Positions 49,038 to 64,000 of a stretch of 64,000 bases of DNA are shown here, in pieces (position 1 is the first letter of the stretch; each line of letters begins with the position of its first letter). Both the position numbers and the translations under genes were made by a program. This stretch comes from the human T2T-CHM13v2.0 reference genome, Homo sapiens: the NCBI RefSeq assembly GCF_009914755.1, contig NC_060941.1; one strand, written 5' to 3'. The notes under the pieces were generated by a model, which made no database searches, was not told where the DNA came from, and worked only from the letters and a program-made list of their open reading frames with translations.

Positions 49038-49327
49038 TTAAGTAATGTCAATTATTTTCACAACTATAATACCATTCAGTGTTTATCCTGTACTCTGTAC
49101 TCTCTTTATAATTAAGGATCTATACAGACCATTACAAAACACTTGAGTGGGCTGAAACCATTAGGGTCCATTCTGGAACTATTGTTTTCAATTTGCTCTC
49201 CCAGCTTGCATATTCTTATGTGTTCAGCATTTCTTATTAACCCTGTATTTTTGTCCACTCATTTTTCACTTCTTAAATTTCACTCTATCTTACTGATAAT
49301 ATTTCAGGCTTCTTCTGAGAAAACAAG

Positions 49328-51245
<1,918 letters not shown>

Positions 51246-51254
51246 ACGAGAAAC

Positions 51255-52069
51255 TCTTGGGAGCTTTATGGCCTTGCCCATCACCAAGAATCCAAAATAC
51301 TTACCCTGGCCATCTGAGGGTAAGCTTAGAGCCCCCTACTACTACCACAGCTGGTGCTCTCTTGAGAGCACCACCTCCTGGCTGGAGGCCAACCAACTCA
51401 GGTCATTACAGCAACTCATGACAGAACAACTCTGATCCCAGGAAGCAGAAGACAACACCTAATTCCACTGCCTGCAACAACTTGGCTAACCAGAGGTCTG
51501 GAGCGTGTCCACCTGACAACGTCACTGCTAGCATAACCAGCATTCAGGAAAGCCAGCACACTAAACATATCTACAACCAGAGACTCTTCATAGAGTCTAC
51601 TTCACTTCCATGCCACCTCCACCAGAGCAGGTGCTGGTACCCCTGGCTGGGACACCAGGAGACGGATCACATCACAGGACTCTTTGCAGACATCCCCCAG
51701 CACCAGCCCAGAGCCCGACAGCCCCGCTGGGTGGCAAGACCCAGAAGAGCAATAATAATCACTGCAGTTCAGCTCTCAGGAAGCCCCATCCTTAGGGGAA
51801 GGGGGAGAGCACCATCTGAAACGATAACCCTGTGGGACAAAAGAATCTGAACAGCAGGACTTGAAAGATCACAACAGCTTCCCAGCAATGGATCCAAACC
51901 AAGAAGAAATCTCTGAATTGCCAGATAAAAGTCTACACATTGGGTACAATGTATACTGTTTGGGTGACGGGTGCACTAAAATCTTAGTAATAACCACTAA
52001 AGAATTTATCAATGTAACGAAAAACCACCTGTTCCCCAAAAACTATTGAAATAAAAAATTCAAAAAAAA

Positions 52070-52070
<1 letters not shown>
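51255..52070 (+). mobile_element. L1PB-like element collapsed to 5'UTR/ORF1 start fused to the 3' terminus
   Basis: ORF1-like MDPNQEEISELPDK runs directly into L1PB 3' end (TCTACACATTGGGTAC...CACCTGTTCCCCAAAAACTATTGAAATAAAAA). Confidence 0.7.
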
Positions 52071-55535
<3,465 letters not shown>

Positions 55536-55539
55536 ATAG

Positions 55540-58270
55540 TGTGAGGGTCTCTCATAGGGGGGCATATTGTGATGGTGAGACAGAAATCAGTGGCATCCTT
55601 GAAACGGTTGCTGGGAACTGAACAGCTCCATCAGCAGAGAGGGCATAGTAGGTCCATTGGTGGCTGACATATTAGAGGAGATACTGCGAGTGAGGTGCAG
55701 CTGCAGACTTGAGGCAGACTCACCAATGGTGAGGGAAGAGCAGCAAATGAGTCATAACCAGGGTCTGACCGTAAGGTGGCAGGATGTCAGCAAAGGCATG
55801 ACTGGTGAGCTAAAAGGCCGGCTATTGGGTGGTGTCTGAAATGACCCTATGATAAAAACTGTCCATGACCTGAGAGCCGAGTAATTGGTGAATAGGCCTG
55901 GAGAAGACACAATTATGTGAGGAACTTTGGGAAACCTGGGACAGCAAAAGCCATGGCACACTGAGGCTTGGAAAAATGGTTCCATGGGGATGTAAAAGGA
56001 GTTGAAAGGTCTGGGTGGTAGTAGGCTTGGAGTTGCTGCATTGTGAGCAATGGCAGGCTAGAATGGGACAGGACCGAGAGGACTCAGAACTAAGCAGTAA
56101 GGTCTAAACACACTGTGTGTGCTGGAGGTGATGTCATAGGCACAAAAACTTGATCTTGGAGGTGGCCCAATCAACCATTTTGGGTCCTATCCATCTCTAA
56201 TGGCTGCAAAGCACAACTGAGATGCCAAGTGTCTCTAGGAGGCACAGGCTGTAGAAACAGTGATAAGGGTGGCCTAAGGGTTAAACTCAATGTGGCCTGA
56301 GGAGGGTGAAGAGCCTGAGGCCGACTGGTTGTAGATTTTGTCTGCCTGCCTTACTCTAAATATAGCCGCACAATTTGGACTCGTGGGGGAAAGGGTGGGA
56401 GCAGGGTGAGGGATAAAAGACTACCACACATTGAATACAGTATAGACTCTTCGGATGATGGGTGCACCAAAATCTCAGAAATCACCACTAAAGAACTTAT
56501 TCATGTAACCAAACACCATCTGTTCCCCAAAAACCTACTAAAATTTTTAAAAAGTAACAATAGCTTAACAGTGATGAAAAGAATATAACAATACAATAGT
56601 TCTTTCCTGATACAATTACATTTTCAATTTTATTAATTTAAGGGAGTATATTTGGGAATTCAGAAAGGTCAAGGGATGAGTACTCTTTAGATTTTTTAAA
56701 GGAAACATCAATTAGAATCATTTTGTTTTGCCATAAATAATGTCATATGCTGTTTAGTACACTGGAAATTTTTCTTCTATTATGTGACAAAAATCAAAGA
56801 TGTATTCCAAAAACTAATTTTCTCAACATCAAAATTTATAATATGAGTAAATTATAATTTTAAAATTTTCCCTTAGAAATTCATACCTTCATAATGTTGA
56901 TCTCCAGAACAAGGATTGAATACATTAGTCAGACATCAGTTTCTTGATGTTTTGAATAATATAGTCTGGCAATTTCTTCGGTTTCTTAGCCTTCTGTATA
57001 TAATACATGGATGTTGTCCATATTATTGAAATGCAAATTTATTGAAAGGATACTAGCATGTCCACTGAGATTTATAGTGTATCAGTTTTGGAAAAATCCC
57101 ATCTCATTATATGAAACTGTACTGAAATAAGAGCAAAACATTTGCAAACCATATAGCTTCAAGTAATTAGTGACTTGTTCAGGTCTGCCCCTTAAATTTT
57201 TCTGTTTTTGGAAGAAATCAATGAGTACAGACTGTTGAACTTGGATACTCCACATTTAAAGAATGCCATTTTAAATTCCATTCTTCCTGTAAAACTAACA
57301 TTTTACATCCAAAAAAATAAGTAAATATAGCCCCACAATTTGATGGAAATGGCAGGCTGTTGTATCATGTGGGACGATGGCTCATTCCCATTGAGTTGTG
57401 TGGTTAGTTGTCAATATGAGGGCCCACTGAACCTCTCCCTCTTTGTTATCGGGCAGAAGGACATTATCCACATAGTGCCACAAGTGGACATCAGGTGGCA
57501 GTCAGAGGGTAGCTAGATCTAGTCATTGCAACCTTGAGCCAGCAGAGGATTGTTGAGGTAGTCCATCAGATGCCTCCTAACGGTGTACTGTCAGCCTTCA
57601 AATCTGAAGGTGAACTGCACCTGATCTTCTTCACAAATAGACACAATAGAACATGTTTGCCAGGTCAGTAACAAAACCAAGAGGGAGAAGCATTCTGAAC
57701 TTCTTCCAAGACAATGACAATGCTGGGTAAGGGGACTCTAAAAGGAAGTACAGCCTTGTTGAGGTTGCGGTTTTTAGCAATGAGCCTTCATTCCTTTCCC
57801 TGGCCTTGAGAAAGGGCCATTGGTGAGTTAAAAGGTGAGATGGTGGGTTTCAGAACACAAGCTCTATTAACTGGGCAGACCCCCTCTGTGCCTTGCTTGG
57901 GTGATATTATGAGGTACTGACCACCTGGAGGAGTCTGGGGAGCTGTAAAAGTTCCCAGTAGGCATGACGTACTTCCATGCAAAGAACTTGGTGTGGTGAG
58001 ACCCTCAGTTGGGGAACTGAAGTGCCAGAATGTCCAGGCCAATGATAGGAAATGGTCACTGAGAAATGGGCAGGAGAAACACTGGTGCTCAAGGGAGAAG
58101 GATGAGTCCTACCTTAACAGTGAGCATGGCAGGCATCCTAAGGGCTCATCTTCCTCTCAGTCCATCAACGGGCACAGGAAGGCTGGTGCACTGCATGGGC
58201 AAAGCAGAGATAAGAATGACCCATTATCCAGTGTGTAATAAGACTATACACGTCTACAGGTTTGACCACC
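55540..58270 (-). mobile_element. Ancient ERVL/class III-like pro-pol fragment, split by insertion 56378-57321
   Basis: Ordered minus-strand motifs: protease IIGLDIL; RT PTISPFNSP, QFTFRFEG*QYT..MDYLNNP, HYVDNVLL (YxDD decayed), QQPAISIKLWG; then TNYSAL and CHLTVRP of the RT connection region. Confidence 0.72.
56378..57321 (+). mobile_element. 5'-truncated L1PB 3' end (~56378-56545) plus ~770-bp putative 3' transduction
   Basis: 21-bp flanking duplication TAAATATAGCC(G/C)CACAATTTG 56357-56377 and 57322-57342; A-rich end 57311-57320. Confidence 0.75.
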
Positions 58271-58279
58271 AGACTTGGA

Positions 58280-59360
58280 TGTGATAATCTGATTGACACA
58301 GGAAAAAAAGCATTTGGCTAAATCCATCATATGATTAAAACCCTAACCAAACTAGAAATTGAAGAGTACTTCCACAATCTGGTCAAGTGCATCTAAGAAA
58401 ACCTATGATAAACATCCTCAACTAAGTTAGTGGGTAAAGAATGTTTACTCCATAAGATTGGAAACAATACATAAATAATCACTTTGACCACTTTCATCAA
58501 CATTCTACTGAAGGATTTTGCTCAAGAAATAATGCTAGGAAAAAAATCAGCCAATGGCTCTTCAAAACACTTAACGTGGAAAGGACACCCTATTCACTAA
58601 GTGGTTCTGGGAATAGTGGCTGACCATATGCTTAAGAATGAAACTGGACCCCTCTCACTCACCTGTACAAAAATTAACTCAAGATAGATTAAAGGCCTAA
58701 ATGTAAGACCTAAAACTATAAAGATCCTAGGAGAAAACCTAGGAAAACTCTTCCAGACACGGGAATGCTCATACATTGTTGGTGGGTATGTCAATTAGTT
58801 CAACTTCTATGGAAAAAGTAGGGAGGTATCTCAAAGAACTAAAAGTACAACTACCTTTCGACCCAGCAATCCCACTACTGGGTATCTACCCAAAGGGAAA
58901 GAAATCATTATATAAAAAGGCACTGCACTCCCATGTTTATCGCAGCATAACTTACAACAGCAAGGTCATGGAACCAAGGTAAGTATCCACCAACGGTTCA
59001 TTAAATAAAGAAAATGTGGTGCATATACACCACAAAGTACTAGGCAGTCATAAAAAAGAACAAAATCATGTCCTTTGCAGCAACACAGATGCAGCTGAAG
59101 GTCATTATCCTACGTGAATGCAGAAACAGCCAAATACTGCATGTTCTCATGAAGATGGAGAGAATACACTGTGGGGACTCAAAAAGTTGGGGGGAAGAGT
59201 TGAAAACGTACCTACTGGGTACAACCTCCAATATTTGGGTGATGGGTATGCTAGAAGTTCAACCCCCCCCCCATTGTGCATGTGATATACATATAACAAA
59301 CAAGCACGTGTACCTTCTGAATCTAAAATAAAATAGAAAAAGAAAAAAGCCAAAGAAAAA
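58280..59360 (+). mobile_element. L1M/L1PB ORF2-3'UTR fragments with internal deletions
   Basis: KELKVQLPFDPAIPLLGIYPK peptide; 3' end AATAAAATAGAAAAAG. Confidence 0.8.
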
Positions 59361-59419
59361 CATCCCGGGAATCCAGGGAGCAGCGGCTACTGCCTCCACT
59401 GCTCACTGCAGCCCGCAGG

Positions 59420-60560
59420 TTCCACGCCGGCAGCTCCTGCCTGCGGGCAGTGGAGCTGCGGAGAATGGCGGGATGGGTCTAGGTGCCAGGGCCAGAGCCC
59501 AGGAGGGGCGCTGAGTGGGGGTCTGGCCGGCTTCTGCCTTGCACCGGAGCAGGGGTGCCTGGTGAAACAGTCAACCTGATGCTCTCTGGGCCTTGCCCAC
59601 GTTCCACTTCCATCCACCCTCCTTTGCATCTTTCTGTGCCTGGGGCCCCCATAGGAAGCGGTCACATCCAGACTCACCAGGCCTGAGATGCTGGAGGATG
59701 GAGAAGCGCTTGCCACGGGAAAAATCCTCCAGGAACACATGAACAAAACTTCGCCTGCACCTGGGACATCCTTCCTTACGGCTGGCCTACGAGGCAAGTG
59801 TTCTGCACACGCTCCTTGGCTAACTCCAATGCAGAGGAGCACATGAGCCCAACCGCCATGGCAGGTGCAGATCTTTGCCTCCCTTTTACAATGACTGTAT
59901 TCACTCAAATGACATATCCTGGAAGCCTCTTTCTGATAGGATGAGAGCAGACTCTGTACTACAACACAGATTGGATAAGTCTCCAACTCCGATTAGTGAA
60001 GATTATCCAGTCAGAGATGGAGACTATTATCCAATAAGAGTTGTCAAAAAAAGTTCCTTCTCACCCAATCAGAACCAAGCTTACAAGTACAGCAGTTGCG
60101 TACAGCCATGATAAAAGGGAGGTGAAGGCCCATTTCGCGATTTTCTTTTCGTGGAGGTTGGGCTCGCGTGTTTCTCTGCGCTGTGGTCGTCATGGACCGG
60201 AAGCGTGTGCAGCGCGCCTGCCTTGAGGCCAGCATCAGGGAAGGGTGTTCCCAGGTGCAGAGGAAGTGTCCTTCACGTGTTCCTGGAGGACTTTCGGCTC
60301 GCAAGCGCTTCTCCATTCTCCCAGCGTCTCGGGCCTGGTGAGTCTGGATGTGAGCGCATCCCACGGGGCCCAAGGCACAGAGAGAGAGAGAGGAACGGGG
60401 TGGAGGGAGGGAAGCGTGTGCAGGGGCCAGGAGCGCCAGGCTGCTCTGGCTTCCCGGCCCCCGCAGCCCGCCAGGAGCTGTGGCCCGGCTTGGGCCAAGG
60501 CAGAGGCCCGCCCTCCTGCTGCTGGCGCTGTCACCTCCCTGTGGTCCTGCCTACTGGGTC
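59420..60560. promoter_or_regulatory. Diverged palindrome forming a candidate bidirectional CCAAT/TATA promoter with mirror first exons (FAM182-like by weak recall)
   Basis: 59663-59712 is the near reverse complement of 60301-60352; centre ~60002; CCAAT-type boxes 59936/59970/59992 (-) and 60007/60031/60065 (+); TAAAAGGGA at ~59880-59888 (-) and 60112-60120 (+); CCTG|GTGAGT donors at 59678 (-) and 60337 (+). Confidence 0.7.
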
Positions 60561-61309
60561 CCTGAGGGCCTTCTGTCATCTGGAACTGGAAATAAGTTAG
60601 TGAAGCGAAGTTTTGTGAATATTTATTGGCTTTTGCGTCTTTGTCTTCATTTTCAGTGCTGGCTTTTCTGTTGGGTCATTTGTGTTCTTACGTTGATTTG
60701 AAGAATTTAAAAAGGTATTCTATAAATTAATCCTTTACGGGGTCATTTCTAGTGCAGATAGTTGTTTCTTAGTCTGGTCATTGTACCTTAATTTTATTTA
60801 ACATTTCTTTCTTGCTGTACAGTATATTTACATATGCTGTAAATCATAAGTTTTTCTCCTATTTTTCTGCAAATAGGATATTTTACATGAGCTATTTTTG
60901 GATGTTAACTAATCCTGACTTTTTTAGTATATCCCACTTCGTATCCATGTGTTACATTTTCATATGTGGTTTAATTCATATGTTTTTTTTTAGAATATTT
61001 GTATTTCTGTTAATGAAAGAGAGGGCCTATAATTTTTTTTCTAATGTCCTGTTCAGATTGTGGTGCCAACGTAATGCTGGCTTCACAAAACAAACTGAAA
61101 AATATTTCCTGTATTTCTTCTCTTTGGAAGAGTCTGAGAAATTTAGGTGTTTTCTGCCTTAAATATTTGGAATATTTCTTTAGGTATGGAATTTTCCATG
61201 TGGAACAGTATTTTTGTTGGCTGGTTTGACTTCTAATAATTCAAATCCTTTGGTATATGTAGGAGTTTTCTTGTTTTATGTTATTTCTGTGCCCATTTTA
61301 CTAAGTTTA

Positions 61310-62248
<939 letters not shown>

Positions 62249-62479
62249 TTATAAGCCAACTTTTAGCCTTGATTTGTTTCTGTTGCATTCTTTTCCCTAT
62301 TTCATTGATGTCTACTCTTCATTACTTTAATTCTGCATTCTTTCATTTTGACTGTTTTTAATTCTTGAGAAGGAAATTTAAGTGATTGATTGTCAATGTC
62401 TTTTTCTATTCTAACACATTCCCTTAAGGCTGTAAATTTCTCTCTAAGCAGGGATTTATCTGACAGCCCATATTTTCCG

Positions 62480-63540
62480 TCAGATGTTTCCAAACCTTGT
62501 GTCTGCAGCCGCATTGACCTCCCAGTGTCTCCACCCTGTATCGCCTACAGCCATACCAGGCCTTGTGTGTCTCCATCCTCGTGCCTGAAGCCTGTATCTT
62601 CTCACCAGTATCACCATCCCGTAATGACTGAAGCCCATGTCTGCCCTTGTGTATTGTCACGTGGTCTGTCCTCTGCCTGCACTTTATGCCTCTCCATTTC
62701 TTGCTCCTGCAGCCCCTGCCAGCTGTGTGAGTCTCTATGCTGTGTGCTTGCAGCACATTGCTTGCCTTGAATGTTGTCATCTCCTCAGCCTTCAGGCAGT
62801 AGCAGTCCTCCAGTGCCTCAATCCCTGTGTTTGCAGCCCATTCCGATGTTTTTGTCTGTCTGTCCCCTGAGCTTCTGCCCATGCCAGCTTATGTTTGCTA
62901 CATTCTCTGTCCCCCTAATCCATGTCCACAGTCAGTGTTTTCATCCATGCTTTTTGGGCCATGTCTGCACTGGTGTGTCTCCTTCCCCTGTGCCTTCAGC
63001 CCATTTCTTTCCTTTTTCTGGATCATTTCTCCCAGGAGACTATGCCCAAAACTTCTATCCCCAGTGTTTGTACCTGCAGCCAGTCTCTTTCGTTGGGTAT
63101 CTCCATCTGTTGTTACTGCAGCAGAGGCCTGCCATTGAGTGTGCCTGCTTCCCATGCCTGTCTTCCTGTGTCTCCAGCCCTTGTCCATGCAGCCCACATT
63201 AGGACTCTTGTGACTCCACCCTTCAGCCTACAGCCACATCTCCCTTCGGGTGTCTTTATCTCTGTGCCCTCTGCCCACGCCAACCGTCACCTACTCCTCT
63301 TTCCTGCACCTGTACCCATGTCTGTCCCTGGTGTGCCTCTCTGCCATGCAGCTGTAGCCAGCGAGCTCCCTTTTTGTCTGGATCCCCTGTGACTGTAGCC
63401 CAGGTCTTCTCTCCTGTGACTACAACCCGTGTCTGCCCTTGAATGTCCCCATCCTCTGTGCTTGTCACCCGTCAGCCAGGCCTAGCATGTTTCCACTCTG
63501 TGACTACACCCATGTCTGCCTCCAGGGTCTCCACTCATGG
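62480..63540. repeat. Highly degenerate ~41-42-bp minisatellite (~25 units)
   Basis: CT(G/A)CAGCCCA-like anchor recurs at ~62503, 62545, 62586, 62628 and ~63187, 63228, 63270, 63310, 63352, 63393. Confidence 0.7.
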
Positions 63541-64000
63541 TGCCACAGTTTGGTTCCTGGTCCCTATCCTCCTGGGGTGGATTCTGGCATTGTGTTGGGA
63601 GGGAGAAGGTGACCCATGAAAGGGAAGCCTGGAATGATGTAATGGGCAAGGAGGCTGCCATTCAGCAGGCTGCACAGTGGCAGAGAAGACATGGCCAGTC
63701 AGAATCCTCCCTGCATCGGGGCACTCACGTGGGTCTGTGCCTGGTGTGGGGAGTAAGGGGAAGCTGGAGCAGGAGGTTTGGAGCCACCTGGCCCTCTTGG
63801 GCCTGAGACCCTCCCAACTACAGGGGCTCCGTCACTTCCCCGGTGGTCCTGCCTCCTGGGATCCTGCCCTGCAGTGTTTCTGCAGGGATCCTCTCACCTG
63901 GAACTTGCAGTGGCGGGTTTCATGTGAGGTAGAGTTTAGCAAATGTTTATTGGCTTCTGTGCCTTACTTTTCTTCATATGCTTTGCGTATTTTGTGTGTT

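Noticed and set aside
56900-57260. PiggyBac-like transposase hint (LHFNN) in transduced cargo
   Set aside because: Single short motif; no supporting catalytic motifs or terminal repeats seen
59387-60600. 199-aa and 106-149-aa ORFs in the palindrome arms as proteins
   Set aside because: They read through the splice donors, mostly have non-ATG starts, and frame is not kept between arms

Overview
Primate (almost certainly human) genomic DNA. From recalled protein sequences it is the 17p11.2 low-copy-repeat block carrying CDRT15L2, ZSWIM5P2 and MEIS3P2; no database search was run. The window is a mosaic of borrowed gene pieces in dense Alu/L1/LTR repeat. It holds a 2-exon CDRT15L2 CDS (281 aa) behind an 18-bp minisatellite, and a 5'-truncated ZSWIM5 retrocopy that keeps one intron. 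An intact 358-aa MEIS3 retro-ORF with its own CpG island is inserted, with a perfect TSD, inside a sense-oriented IL6ST 3'UTR retrocopy. Further on are an orphan TC2N-like exon with intact splice sites, a full-length DEF8 retropseudogene, an RPL29 fragment, and an ancient ERVL-type pol split by an L1 3' transduction. The most unusual structure is a ~1.2-kb diverged palindrome near 60 kb that builds a mirror-image CCAAT/TATA/first-exon promoter pointing both ways. I found no evidence for a wholly new enzymatic system. The best candidates for something undescribed are the palindromic promoter and the MEIS3-ORF/IL6ST-3'UTR chimeric transcription unit. Gene identities rest on recalled homology and need alignment to confirm.
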